Below, piece by piece: positions 11,281 through 24,770 of a DNA stretch of 64,000 bases; the stretch's first letter is position 1, and each line of letters starts with the position of its first letter. Below the pieces are notes generated by a model. It had not been told where the DNA came from. It searched no databases and saw only the letters and a program-made list of their open reading frames with translations. Both the position numbers and the translations under genes were made by a program. The stretch spans positions 620,001-684,000 of the forward strand of contig AP026137.1 in NCBI GenBank assembly GCA_030295235.1. Reading direction: 5' to 3'. The stretch is from Fistulifera solaris (taxonomy: Eukaryota).

Positions 11281-14200
11281 TTACAATCCATCGAAGAACG
11301 ATGGCATGCCGACTGTCGCGGCACCAATCGTGGAGTTCATTTGTTTCGCAATTTTCTCACTGGCCTTTCTTTCTTGGCGCGCTTTTTCAGTCATCTTAAA
11401 GCCTCTGAGGTCAACGCTGTCATAGAATAGAGCTTTCTTCGTTTCCTCGTCCCACCGAGGAAGTTCCACGGTCCGAATGTCGTCATCAAATGAAACGGAA
11501 CGACCTAATGAGCGCTTTTTAGACAAATGAGGTGACGTGACTGGACTCCCGTCTGAGTTAGAACGCTTTAATGGGGGTGTCGGTCGCCCAATTGTTTCAT
11601 CAGAGGTGCCATCAATCAACTTTGTTGCCACGTTCTGGTCACGCAAGACATTAAGACCCCGGTCCTTTTCGAGTTCATTAGTGGTCGGTATTTGCTCGTC
11701 GCTAGCAGGACCAGGTAATGGCACGCTTGATTTGGGTTTTGGCAAAGGCACAGACAGACGTTCCTCATTTTGGCTGTCGTCACCTTCGGTCGTTTCATCC
11801 TGTGTGTCGGAACGGTCTTCTTCCTCTTCATCATCATCGCTAGACGACTCTTCAACTTCACTAGATGTCTCTTCGGGCTCAGTGGACGATTCCTCCGCTT
11901 CACTTGACGATTCCTCTTCTTCATTTGTTTCCTCTTCACTGGAAGCCGATGATTCCTCACTAGATTCTTCTTCTTCCTCCACAGATTCCTCTTCCTCGCT
12001 CGCTTCTTCAATGGGTTTACCATTTACTTTCTCCTCTTGTTTCGGTTCTTGTTCCAGTGGAACGGATTCTTCTCTTATGTAAGACAATTTCTCTACGTTG
12101 TGTATGGCTTTCATTGCTTTCGATGTAATGAGAAGCTCCTCGAGGGGATCAGAAATCGAGATTTCCGACACATCAAGGTCTGGGTTGTCAAGTACTAGAG
12201 TAACATAATCCGAATAGTCAGAGACCACAGATTGATCATCATCCGTTCGAGCTGGCTCATCTGTAGCTTTCATCGTTGAAGCAGAATTATCAGGTTGTGG
12301 AACATCGTTTTCTAAACAAGCTCGTGTGGGGCTTGACGAGGGGACGTCCATGATTACAGGGCATGCATCCGAGAGAGGGGTTTCACCCATACCAGTATCG
12401 GATGGCATCAAAACGTCGATTTCTTGAGTAGTAAGCTGATCTTGCTTTCTGGCACTTTCTTCCGTGTCTCTCGCGACAGCGACTCTATTTGACCGCTTTC
12501 GCTAGAAGCGAAATTCGTGACGTCTTCAAACTGAGGGATATTTACCATGGTTGAAGTATCGGCTTTAGGGCTCTTAAGAGATGGTTGAACGCTTGCACAC
12601 TGGTGAAGTTCTGAAGTAGTCAATTTGCACTCTACATCATCGCATTTAGCGTCGCATCCAGACTCAGCACCTTGCTCCTCACTTTGATGCCCTGCATGTC
12701 GACTCTCAAGCTGATCTTCAATGTGGCGATCGCTGTCATTGGAGCCGTCTATTTGTGAATTGAAACCAGTATCGGAATGATCAATGTTCTTGGCATCACA
12801 TATTCCGTCATTTTGGCTAATATTTGCATCAACGTCATTACTGCCGCAGTTTTCTCCCAAATTGTCATTAGAGTCGGCACGAGCAACATACGAGTGGCTT
12901 TCTATCTCCAATGAGGTTTTATTCACAGAATGCTGATTACACTCGGATTCAACGGCAGCAATCGTTCCTTGAACGTCGAGGTCATCGACGATTTTGGTTT
13001 CACTGGTATTGTGATCTTCGACATGATTCTCATCTGATGTCGAGCCCCGGCACGCGCTTCCGTTTGGGGCCATTTCTATTAATTCTGTTATAATACTGCT
13101 TCCTTTGGCTGCACGATTTTGACGTTTTCCAACGTTCTCTTTTTCTTGGGACGCCTCATCAGCGAAAGTCCTGCCAGAGAGACTAGTCTTGTCCGTAGTG
13201 TTTTCCGATTGAAGCCTCACGTCGTTTTCAATCTCATTATTGGTGAATGGCATATCTGTAACACTTTCACCGTCCGCGATTGCTGTAGTTATCTCAGTAT
13301 TTGTGTTGTATTCGGTTATGTTATAAGCGTCGTCTTCACACTGCCCCGCGGCTTTCAGCATTTCGACTTCAGAAAAAGGGATTGGTCGTTTTGCGCTTTG
13401 ATCGTTTTCTGGTGGGTTGCTGTTGGCTTCGGGGAAGTCTAAAACCAGTGCACCTTCGACCAGCTGTTTTTCGCTGTCCTCTTCCCATTGACCAGATACG
13501 TGCCCGACCGTGCGGTTTGCATCGACCTTTAGTTGGTGATGACTGAGCGGGTCACGGTTGAGTACTTCCGTGGGCTCGAAGTGCTTTGATAGGAGAGTTT
13601 GTTCAGCATTGTCATGACACTTTACGGTTTCAACTTTTACATTACCTGGGGTCGGTCTTTCCTCGGGTACAGATTGTGTCGCTTGATGAAGGCCCTCCTG
13701 GTGTACAACTTCCTCGTTGGTAGCACCTCTCCGTGTTGAAAAAACAGGATTTCCCTCCGAAGAAGATGAGAATGCCTGTCTTTCTTCTCGTTTCTCGTCA
13801 AAGGCTTCCGAAATATCAGTGTCTCTTTCACCCTCTTTCCCAAAAACTTGCTTAGAATTCTGGACAGCGATTATTCGGTGCTGCTCGTCTCCGTCGCACT
13901 GAGAATGTTCAAGTACGTCTTTGGTTTCTTCCCTTTCCCTTTCAAGTGATAATTCCATATGGTCGTTTACGATCGATGGGTCGGAGTTGGAAGACGAAAA
14001 ACTTTCGTCCGTTAATAGCGGCTCAAACCGAATCGTTCCTATGATCGTCGGTCGACTTAGAGGTAAATTGCCGTGCAGGTCCTTCCACTCCCTTTGAAAT
14101 TTTCTAGCTGTTTCTTCCATATTAATTTGCTTCAAATATGCCAGAACTGCCACCGCCATGTTTATTTGAGAAGCACCAACCACTGAAAATTGGGAGGAGC

Positions 14201-15936
14201 CATCTATGGACAAAGGCTTAGCGTTCGTTGCATCCATCGACCTTGATTTTGAACTGTTTTCCGATTGGAAGGAATGATTTTTGCTTGGAAGCATCTTTTC
14301 AAATCGCTCTTCGATTTGTTTCCTTTGTCTATTCCTTTTACTTCGTAAGCTCTCAAGACGACTGGACTCTTCGGAATTACAATCCTTTCGTCGCACTTTT
14401 TCGGTCGGCGGTACATCGCTTAAGTCGGAATGTGTTATGACTGACATACTTCCTTCTGACAGAGTCACAGATATATCGTGTGCCGCTCTTTTGTTTGGAC
14501 TATTGGAGATAAAGTGTTGGTGCATTTTAGCAGAACCGTCCGTTACACTGGATGTAGCGTCTTTTGATTCGGATGCTTCATTAAGCAAGGGAAGCAAGTT
14601 CCGACCATCGCGTTGACGCAATACGGCTCTTTTGAATCAAAGTCGCTATCAATGCTCGAGTCACCAGAATCTCCCGACTGTAGGATTTGTCGTCGTGGAG
14701 ATTGCAGCGAGCGCCGATCAGTTGACTGTGCATTCTCCACGGGTTTGTCATGCGGAAAAGATGCACTGCCTACGCTATTCAGGATTGAGTCATCTCCCGA
14801 GTTCATCGTATCAATAGTGGATTTCTCGCTCTTATTTGTATTGATCTTTCCAATGTCTAAACGACTGTTTTCGGGTTTCTCATCAAACGACGGCTGTTTG
14901 ATCGTGCGATGGCTATGATGTCCCAAATTTCTACTGTGATGAGATTCAGTATTTTCTTCCTCCATTTCGGCACTGCGAAAGGAATGAGGAACGGCGGCGC
15001 CTTTCAGTCTTTCGTTTCTTAGAGGTCGTCGTACTTCATAAGAGGAGGAAGATGACGAGGAAGAAGAAGAGTCGAGTGAAAGGTTATTGTGTGCGGTGTA
15101 ATCCTCAAAAACAGGCTGACTCGCTTGATCGCGAACAGGTTGGGAGACCGTATGGAGAGGACCCCTGATTGGGACCTCATCCAAAGCATGCGAACTCGAA
15201 TCGGATTCCGAATCATCCTCATCTACTAGAGCTTTACCTCTTGATTTGCTTTGTGTGCTCGGGGGAGGCAATGGTGGTGGCGGTGGTGGAGACGGTTTCT
15301 GGTGTTCGGTCTTCGTTATGGCCCGTGCTTCCGTCGCCGCCGAAGTGCTTGTTGTTTCCACAGAGGGTTCAACTTTCGGCGCAGCACCTGGTTCCGACAC
15401 AATCTTTTTGTCGCCTTTATAGGTGACTTCCGTATAACAGGAACCTTTTTGACAGGTGAGGAAGGCAACAATGTCTTGACCTTTGGTATCGATTGTGTTC
15501 TCCTTTCGACGACCTTCAATGGAGAAACTCGGGTCGGCGAAGATCGAGTCGTCACCGTCTTTACTCTCACAGGACTACGTGGTTGCCCGTTTCTCTGTGT
15601 CTTTTGATTGATTGATGTTCTTGTGGGATCATCTCGTGGCTTACTTTTCGCTTTACGTTTCTGTACTCGCAATTCCAACAATCGGATTTCAGCGAGTAGT
15701 TTTTGTTCTTCTAATCGAGCCAGTTCTTGCTTGAGCAAATCCAGGCGATCAGCTTCTTGTTTACTAGATGATGCGACACTGGTCGAAGCGGAGTCAGTGC
15801 CATCCGTTCCTGTATTTACTGTCTTCGCCGGAATAAATCGGTTGCTGGCACGGTCGAACACCCATTTTTGCACAACTTTTCGATTCTGGGGACTCTCTGG
15901 GCCATTGATGCCCGTTGCGCGATATAGTCCTACCAT
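11281..15936 (-). CDS. Large acidic low-complexity protein with a LisH-like motif, split into four ORFs by apparent frameshifts
   Basis: Same-strand overlapping ORFs 15316-15936, 14543-15400, 12408-14621 and 11281-12411, with open alternate frames across the junctions. LisH-like INMAVAVLAYLKQINMEETARKFQRE; C-terminal RSVSFDDDIRTVEL. Confidence 0.55.
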
Positions 15937-16440
15937 ACTCTAAAGCTGAGATGAATGTTTAATGGTAGAAGGGGACACACGGTAGCTTTTGTTGCGCAAC
16001 AACTGTGTTGGAAGCTTTCGAGTTGGTTTTCGAAAATGGCTTGTCGAGGCACAAAAGGCACAAAAAAAGTGCGCGACATGACGGACAAAAATTCTGGAGG
16101 GAGATTTGTGACTGTAACTCTTTCTGTACTTGGTCCTATAAATACGGATTGTCTTTTCCTCAAATGTCAGTTGAAAAAACGACCTTCAAAACCTACTATA
16201 CTATTATTGTGTAGAAGGGACTGTCGTGGGTCATAGAAAAGGACTTCGGTCATAAGTAGCGAAGAAACAAAAAACTATTAGGCTAAGGTACATTTTTATA
16301 CGTCCTTAGGCTAAGGAGGCTTTTTCCAAGGAAAGGATCTAGCTTTCAAGTCTGCATATCAGAGTATGGCAGTGCTAAGGTAGGTTAACGTCATGCATTA
16401 CAAAGTAATCAGAACATCGCACAGCAAGCTTCGAACACGG

Positions 16441-18014
16441 CTAAAATCCCATTTCATTTGTGATATCACTCATACCAGCATACGACAGATAATCTCCTTG
16501 GCCGGGTGGCAAGTGACCGCTGTACTCGCCATCGAAAGCTAATTCGTCATCATCAACTGAGCGCGAATACTTCGGATAAGAGGACGAGGCATACACATGG
16601 CACCGCTGCAGCGCCGCATACAGTGGTTGCGCCGCCGGTGGAGTCGGCACAGTGCCTTGTAAAATCTCTTGTGCCGAGACCTTGCGTCCGTAAAACCTTT
16701 CGTTCACATCTTCTCTCGTTTTGATCACTTTACCGTCCAGAGAAATTCCCGCGTAAAATCCCTTGGACAAACTATACGTATAAATGGGAGCGACGCCGCG
16801 CGTGGCGGCTCCGAAATTACCTTCGACGGCGCGTCCCAACGGACCCACCGCCACTCCAACATCGGCTCCCAATTGCACCGAGCCTTGATTATCAAACATC
16901 ATCGTCACCGCCGCATCACTCATTAACACAAAAACGTGATCCGACAATTGCGCCCCAATCAGTGCACCCCACGAGAGTCCGGCGGTGCCAATGGCACTCG
17001 GTGGACTCCACTGATTCCCTTGCAATCGCGCCACCACCAATCCCGTACCAAATTCGGCTCCGGCCAAGCCAAAGCCTCCCTTGACCACGGTCATGACGGC
17101 GATCCCACGCGCCTGCTCTAACAATTTCGCGGGTATCCGGACACCATCGAGATCCCCCAGATTCGGAGACACGGTACTACAATTGCTGCGGCATTGTTGA
17201 ATGTTATTGGTTGTTTGGGTCGATCGGTACGGTTGACTACTCATGACGATCCCCATTCGCTTGGGCAAAGGCAGTAAATTGTTCAACGTGTACGCCGCTT
17301 TTCGTATTTCGTGGCCCAACGTAAACGCCAAAGGCGAATTGAGCAAACGACGAGGATCCGTGGGATCAATGTAATTGAAACGCATGGCATTGGAGTTGGA
17401 GTTGCGCAAGTCTTCTTGCAAGGGACTCAATTGTTGATAACAGGAATGACAAACGCGCAAGGGTTCTCGCGCCAATTTGAAACGCTCTTCCAATCCTTTT
17501 CCGTACAATAGTTCCTTATTGTCGGCCGCCAAATACGTCAACATCCGATCGGGATCATCGTCGGGAGAGAAACTATCGTGCAAGGCGGAGCGCGGTTTGG
17601 CTTTTTGCCCCCCTCCGGAGTCAGCACGATGCTGCTCGGGGGAATGAGTGCTTTCTGCTGACTGCATGTTCCGCAAAATATCTTGCCACACATGCGACAA
17701 TGATGCTTCCGATTCATAGTATTGAAGATCGATTTGCAACCGGAACAGTGTTTAACGAGATCATCGAATTGCCAGGGCGACGAGAGTGTAGCGACGCTGG
17801 CCGGGCGGTGATGATTCGCAGACAGGATCGAAGCCGGTTCGTTCAAAATGCTTTCGCCTTCGTCCGCATCTTCCGGTGGTAGTGCAATCATTCCTTCGAG
17901 TAATCGCTTTTTAGTTAAATTGTGAGAAAATGATGACTGAAGACGGCTTGCTTGTTGTTCTAGTCGAATCAAGTCTGTCGTTTTTTCTAATGGGTTTGTC
18001 GTGCAGAGCATCAT
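16441..18014 (-). CDS. FYVE zinc finger + SYLF/Ysc84 (SH3YL1-like) domain protein; frameshift near 17605-17615
   Basis: WQFDD...CSGC...RKHHCRMCGKIFCGTC...RVCHSCY (FYVE); IPAKLLEQARGIAVMTVVKGGF...GTGLVVARL...WSPPSAIG...YTYSLSKGFYAGISLDG (SYLF). Confidence 0.88.
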
Positions 18015-18353
18015 GGCGGTGGCTTTATTTTTCGATCGATTTTGCGAGTCACGCCAGAGAATGCCCGTGAAAATACCACTCGCCCACATTTTCTGGACAC
18101 GTGAAAAAACTCATACCCACACGCCCACACTGCGACCCACACTAATTGATGATTCGTGACCCCCGCCCAGGAATGAAAAAGATTCGTTGCGTCGATTTTA
18201 ATTTTTCCGCTCGCAAAAAATCTTTCGTGTCGTTTCATTTTCTGTTGCCTCTTTGTGAGTGTCGTCGATCTTCTTCCTTTATTAGAACATTGTCTGCATC
18301 TTAACTTTACCTATCCTAACAACGGACTGGAAGTAGTATCGAGAGAGCAAAGA

Positions 18354-19301
18354 ATGATCAGCCCCGATAAGATTGTTTCGTATCCTCTTCGTCACGAAGA
18401 ATCCGGATCGCTGCATATCTTTGGCCATGCGAAAGATGCCACCAACGTCGTGATCATGTGCCCCGGATATCCCGATGATCAAACCGTATTTTATCCTCTC
18501 GCTCAGCGCTTGTCGGCACTCGGAATGCTGGTAGGCATTGTCTGCTTGCCGGGATACGATCGAACGCTGCGTCACGATCTGTGGAGTTTTCACGAGATTG
18601 TTGACGGCTTGCGCGAAGCCATTCAAGTGTTGCGTCAGGATGTTAAACCCGAATTGAAACTCTTTGGTATTTTTCATGATTGGGGTTGTTTAGTGGGTAC
18701 CATGTACGCGAACCGCGCCGTGGCGATCGAAGATCGGAAGGAACTAATTCCGGATCGTCTCATCTTGCTGGATGTCTTGTTGTCTCCGCGAGGCGCTCGT
18801 CGCCCATCGTTGTCCAGGAAAACTCTCTATCAAGGAATGGTATTCGTCTTGTATCAATTTCCTCTCGCTGTTGCGTTTTGGCTGTATCGATACATTTCGA
18901 AAACCTTGGCATGTGCCGTGTTATCACTGACAGGACGGATCATCCCTTCACTGTTGTTGCATCATCCCACGGATCTAAAGCACTTGGAAGAACGGCAAGC
19001 GCTCCAGGCACCACAGTTGGCGTACCCTTACTATCACGCCTGGAAGTCGCTCTTCACGTTGCAAACGAAAGAATTTGCGTACTGCTATCTACCCAAGGAT
19101 TTGACCAGCATGCCCGTTTTGTTTCTCCACGGCCAACACAAAAAGATACCATTGCATGTTCAACAAGGTGAAGATGCGTTGAACCAAGAAAACGAGAAAG
19201 GGAACAGGTCCAAAGTTGTGGCGATTCCGAACGGTGGGCATTGGTTTTATTTGTCCGATCTCGATGAATGCTGGGGTCACATTCAGGCATTCCTCCAGTA
19301 G
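18354..19301 (+). CDS. Alpha/beta hydrolase (epoxide hydrolase-like)
   Basis: CPGYPD oxyanion-type motif, nucleophile elbow FHDWG, C-terminal GGHWF. First ATG at 18354. Confidence 0.8.
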   Translation: MISPDKIVSYPLRHEESGSLHIFGHAKDATNVVIMCPGYPDDQTVFYPLAQRLSALGMLVGIVCLPGYDRTLRHDLWSFHEIVDGLREAIQVLRQDVKPELKLFGIFHDWGCLVGTMYANRAVAIEDRKELIPDRLILLDVLLSPRGARRPSLSRKTLYQGMVFVLYQFPLAVAFWLYRYISKTLACAVLSLTGRIIPSLLLHHPTDLKHLEERQALQAPQLAYPYYHAWKSLFTLQTKEFAYCYLPKDLTSMPVLFLHGQHKKIPLHVQQGEDALNQENEKGNRSKVVAIPNGGHWFYLSDLDECWGHIQAFLQ

Positions 19302-19541
19302 GTTTTTGCAAACGACCATGCTCCCTTTTATGGTACCATCGATAGAGATTGCGCAGTGCGCGTTCTTTTGTGGCTTTCTTTTGACGATGTGAACCGATCC
19401 GCAAGTGAAAGCGACAATTATTGTATTTTATTGAATTCGTTTTATTGTGCATGTCCTAACTATAATCTACACGAACTTAAAGGTGAAGTAATTTCTTACT
19501 GATAAGACTTCGTTGATTTTCTCCCAATTACTAATGCATGG

Positions 19542-22500
19542 TTACTTCCTAGACGACAGATGCTCATTGAAGAAGATATAGCGCTCCTGTTCTAGGTTGT
19601 CGAAGAACGACTTTGTGAAAGCAGATATTCTATCAGCATCGAACTCTGGAAGCGACTGCTCGGCGCTGTTTCGATCAAAAATCAACAAGAAATCCCTCAC
19701 AATAAGAGACACATAGTACTGCTTGTGATAAAGATCGGACGAGAAAACGTTGCCCGAACTTGCATCAACATCGTATCGTGCAGCATCTTCGGCCATGTTT
19801 GACCATCCCATGTGGTCAGACAATGCGTTTACGAACTCTAACAAAATTGATCCAACTGCAGTAAAGTTAACTGGGAAAACATGATCTTGATCGTCATGTA
19901 ACGGATCGATAATAGAGCTGCAGTACTTTTTCGTCGGAGAATTTACCACCTCTGTCCCTGCGTTTCGAGATGTATTGTGGTAGTTGTCTTTGTTTTCAGA
20001 TCTCAAATTGTGATGAGCAAGGCATCGATAAGAGGCGCTAATGTCTTCGGGGTGAATTCGCTCGTTTAAGTTCCTGAGCAGGAGTGCAACGTCGGCGTGT
20101 CAGCAAACGCAATGGCTGCCAGCAAGTCAAAGCCTAAAAGCGAATCTTCTTACCTTTTGCGATCTTTTGCACCTATATATTCAGGGAAGGTATCCTCAAT
20201 CGCAGCATGTTTGAAAGCTAGACGGGCAGCTTGGGTAGCACTTATTCCCCACGACATGCAAAACACCGCGCAACAGGATCCTCTTTTGGCTTGCCTCCGG
20301 TCCACACTGCTTTCACGTTCTTAAATATTTTGTCCATGCTCTCCAGAAGAGGAATACCGAAAAAGGATCACGAAGCTTGAGTGCGTTATACAAGTGAAGT
20401 GTAATTCTCAATTGACCCAATGAATCAATTGTTGCTGATCCCAGATCGATTGAGCAAACATGTGTCGCATAAAGCATAAGTTCTCCTCCAATAAGAGGGC
20501 TCCAACTCGCGACGCTTTCGCTTTTTAAATACTCCAACGCTCGTTTCCGGTCTTTCTGCAGGTGGTGGGAGTTTGCGAGCTTCGCAAGGCTTTTGAACAT
20601 CCGAATATTGTGGTAGAAGGGAGGAGCATTTTCCGGTGTTTTACTTTGATGCGACTCGGCTCGCAATTGCGTGAACAGTGTTCTGTAAGACTCTTTCAAA
20701 CAAAAAGACACGGCAAGCAAGTCCCTCTTTCCTTGTAGCGTAAAACTAGACATCAAAACTGCATGGAGACCGAAGGATAAAGCAGCGGACACTTTTCTTC
20801 CGTGAGGAATGCTGGAGTCTGTCGGAACATCTTTTGTATGTCGCCGCAGCAATTCAATGACTGTAATCAAATGTGGCTTGGTTGGCAAATGATCAAAAGG
20901 TGCTGTATTGCACAGTTGTACCAATCCCGGTAATATGTTGGTGACAAATGCTTCGTCCATGTCACCACGGATGCGACGAGCGGGCCTAATGTTCTCGTCA
21001 AAAGGCGGTCCCCACAATCCGGCAAATGATTTCATCTCGTTTGAAGCGACCGTGAACATCTGGACAAGTTTGTGTGTATTTAGAAGGCAAAATTCACCTC
21101 CAATGTTCTCGCATTGACCAAGCCACATGTGTGATTCAGGTTCAATGAAGAATGCTATCGCAGTAGCCGAGCATCTCATGAAACGTTGTTCGAAGACGAG
21201 AAGTGTCTCCAAAGCGATGTCCGCGCGGATAGCCTCGGCCATTTCGTTGGCGTATTGCGGCTTCACACCTGACTTCTCGGCAAACTCCTTCGCTATCAAA
21301 GGTATTTGAGCAAGTCCAAATCTTCCGTGGAAACAGCACTCCACGATGTCAGCTACAAACGCCAGTGCCATATGAGCTTCTGCTTTGAGGTGGGTCTTTT
21401 TGATGCGCTTGTTAATATCGGCCACACACTCTGTCAAAAACACAAGCGCCAAGACACGGTAGAAAGACGAAAGATGAGGATGATCTAACGCCAACTCATG
21501 CTCGGCTCGGGCCACGGTCTCTGTCGCGACATTTGCAACCATCGCACATTCCATTGCCAATTGCACGGAGCTTAAGGATGGATGCGTGGCTTGACCCCCT
21601 CTCATGTAAATCTTCAAGAGCTGGTAATGATGTCGAACAGTGCCCATTAATTCATCCATTGTATTAAGGAAAGCCACGGCTTGTATTCGATCATCGCCTT
21701 CAAAATAGATTTGATGAATGTCAATCTTCTCCTTCACTTGGACCCCGGTGTATTTGGGCAACTTTCCCTCTTTGATGTTGCTCTCAATTTGCTCGCAATC
21801 CCTTTGTTCATCTTCGGGATCGGGTGTCAATGCATGGAACCTGTTGTCTTTCGTTTCATGTGTTCGATTGTTTTCTTCCTTGTGGACGGCGGTGGCCATG
21901 CGATTCGCATATCGTAGAGCACTGCGACAATACTTCAGCACATCGATGATGTACCGATGTCCGTCATCACCTCCCTTTTTCGACCCGTAGATCCGAATGG
22001 TCAGTTTCTCTCTCAACCGAATACACGTGGCCAAACTGGTCATAATCGCGGGTGGAGCGATGATGAATCTTTTCTCGTTTTTTGCTGTCTTTAAGGAAGT
22101 GTTGGTATTCGTGATTTCTTGCAAGGCCCCCGACTGTTGTTTTGATAAGCAATAAACATTATAATTGTGCTTCAAGATTTGCTGCACACCGTGGCGATAA
22201 TCGTTCACGGCGGACATATTCGACTCGGGGCAAGCCTGCGCCATCCAGTGATAAAAGCGTCCATTGGCTTCTTTATACTGTTCGACAATGGAAGCCTTGT
22301 CATGATTCGTTTGATTGGTTGCTTGATCTGTTGTAACAGTACCATTCTTACTGTAATTCGGTACATTATCTGCGGAAACTACGTCGTTATTCGCTCGATT
22401 GGACGCGTTATCGGCGGCCACTGTGTCATCATTCAGTTGATGACGCGATGCATTAGAGAGTGAGTTCGGTACGCCTTGCGTCAACGCCTTCGTCGCAATG

Positions 22501-22550
22501 CCTTGCTTGCGGCTCTTCTTCTTCTTCTGTTTCTTTCGCTGATACCCCAT
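19542..22550 (-). CDS. DUF6604-like hypothetical protein; two apparent frameshifts (~20365, ~20285) and intron 20074-20153
   Basis: N-terminal YKEANGRFYHWM...HRYIIDVLKYCRSAL...NRFHAL resembles DUF6604. After two 1-nt shifts and a GTAAGA...CTGAC...CAG intron the frame joins ORF 19542-20006. Confidence 0.55.
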
Positions 22551-23029
22551 CTTCAATAGAGGGCGGCTGGAAGAAAAAGTTTTAACTAACGCAGTCACCT
22601 ATCAATCAAAATGCCAAGCAAAAAGTGACGAAGGTCGTTCGCGGTTTTTCCTCAAGATGCGACATTTTTCGTGTTACTCAACAATGTCTTTTTCTGTAGG
22701 TTTACGAGGAGCACGTTTTTTTGTTAATTAAATCAGGTCGCAAATACATCAAAATTCAAACGGCTCAAAGTCGTTGGATGACGTATTGTTCGGGAATGCT
22801 TTTACGATTAGAATGACGTCACGTGCGCGGAGTTCGTTCGAAACGAGGGTGACTTTTAGACTGGCGATGAATGTAGCTCGTACACGTGGCTACGTAAAGG
22901 CCACGTACTCGTGGCTTTTCGCGTTTTCCTCCACAAAACCGCTCGCGAACGGCCGCGAAGCGCAAAATCGGTGTTGCAAGTGTTGCTTGCCTTTGTTGTT
23001 TCTACTTTACCTACTTCCTTCTATTCGCC

Positions 23030-24131
23030 ATGACGGAATCGGCTGACAAACTTACTCCCATTACGGTGATTACTGGCTTTTTAGGTGCCGGCAAAACGAC
23101 GTTTGTCAATTATATTCTCAAGGAACAGCGCGACTGGAAAATCTGCGTGTTGGAGAATGAATTTGGGGAAGTTTCGATCGATGATGGTCTCGGTACGTTC
23201 TTGCAAATAATGGTTTCGTCAAACGAATCAGTAAATCAGCGATACGCTCACCTTCTTTATTACTGCAGTCGCCGAATCACTCGACGCCCCCGAGGACTTG
23301 ATTACGATGGACAATGGTTGCGTGTGTTGTTCGGTCCGCGGAGATCTCGTGCGCACACTCGGGCAGTTGGTGCAACGACGCAAGGAGTTTGATGCCATTC
23401 TTTTGGAAACGACGGGTCTCGCCGATCCGGCCCCGATTGTGTACACCATCCAAACCAACAGCAAAATGTCGGAAAATTATTTCATTGATTCTATTGTGGC
23501 CTTGGCAGATGCCAAGCATTTGCCCTTGCATTTAGATGAAAAGAAACCGGACGGATCGGCCAATGAAGCCTTGCAGCAAGTGGCGTTTGCTGACAAAATC
23601 TTGCTCAATAAGATTGATTTGGTGACGCCGGAGCAAAAGACGGCACTCAAAGATCGCTTGGCGCTCATTAACAAGTTTGCGACGGTGATTGAAACAGAAC
23701 GTAGTCGCGCGCCGTTAGATAAAATCTTGGGTTTGAATTCGTTTAATATGGAATCAATCTTGAATTATGAACCGGACTTTTTTGAGATTCAGGAGGAAGC
23801 CAAGCACAATTTGGATTTGGTTTCGTCCGTCGGTATTACGTTTCAGGGTCAATTGCACGCTCAGTGGTTCAATATGTTCATGATGGACTTACTGCGAGAG
23901 CGCGCGGCGGATATCTACCGTTCCAAGGGATTGCTTACATTCCACGGACAAGGAAATACGAAATTTGTGTTTCAGGGAGTGCACGAACAAATCAATTTCG
24001 GACCAGCGAAAGAACCGTGGAAAGATGGGGAGGAACGGATCAACAAGTTTGTATTTATCGGTAAAAATTTGAATCGAGAGGAACTCACAAAAGGTTTGAT
24101 GGAGTGTTTATACAAGGAGGAAGAAAAGTAG
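23030..24131 (+). CDS. COG0523/CobW-family G3E GTPase (metallochaperone); intron 23193-23268
   Basis: [11 protein letters not shown] (Walker A), [34 protein letters not shown], and CobW_C with RSKG...FQGVH...FVFIG. Confidence 0.95.
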
Positions 24132-24309
24132 TGGACGGAAAGGTTTGAATTCTGCGTTTCGGTGATACCTACTTTTCGTATAATCTACTTTGTGATAATT
24201 CAATAGTTTCATGAATTAGAACCTCGCACAAATTGCCCATGATCATGATGAGATAATGCAATCATCCATTTTAGGGGAAGAAAACTCTTGATCGTTGTCT
24301 ATATACACT

Positions 24310-24770
24310 TTACTATAATCCCAAAGTGTAAGTTCAGGATTGATTTCGGTCATGAGGTATCTAAGTAACGTTCTTTTTGTTTTTCAAAACTGCGCTGATG
24401 AATTTCTTTTCCTCAAACAAATGCATTCATTCGAGGCTAATGGGCCACTTTGAGCAACTTAACCACTTTCACCGAAAATGCTCCCTAAATGTTAACATTA
24501 ATTTTCACTATAGTCCAAAGTGTTGTCCGTTTTCGCCAAGACTGGAATTCAGTCTTGAACAGAATAAGTGATTGTTGTGTTTTACATCACCACAATTCAA
24601 CCTTTCCGCCAAGTAGACTACTGTAAACATAAGCTTTTTCATTGCATTTCCTCTATAGTATGTTGGGGGCAATCAAGTTCTCCATAATTTACGTTCAAAA
24701 TCCTCAAGGATGGTTGACTATAGTCCAAAGTGTTGTCCGTTTTCTCCAAGACTGGATTTCAGTCATGAAA
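24310..24770. repeat. Degenerate copies of satellite family 1
   Basis: ACTATAGTCCAAAGTGT...CCAAGACTGGAWTTCAGTCWTGAA at ~24507-24559 and ~24717-24769 (210 bp apart); weaker copy at ~24311-24355. Confidence 0.75.

Noticed and set aside
11537..12082. Ser-rich plus-strand ORF and similar antisense ORFs across the window
   Set aside because: They are reverse-complement shadows of Glu/Asp-rich or codon-biased genes on the other strand.
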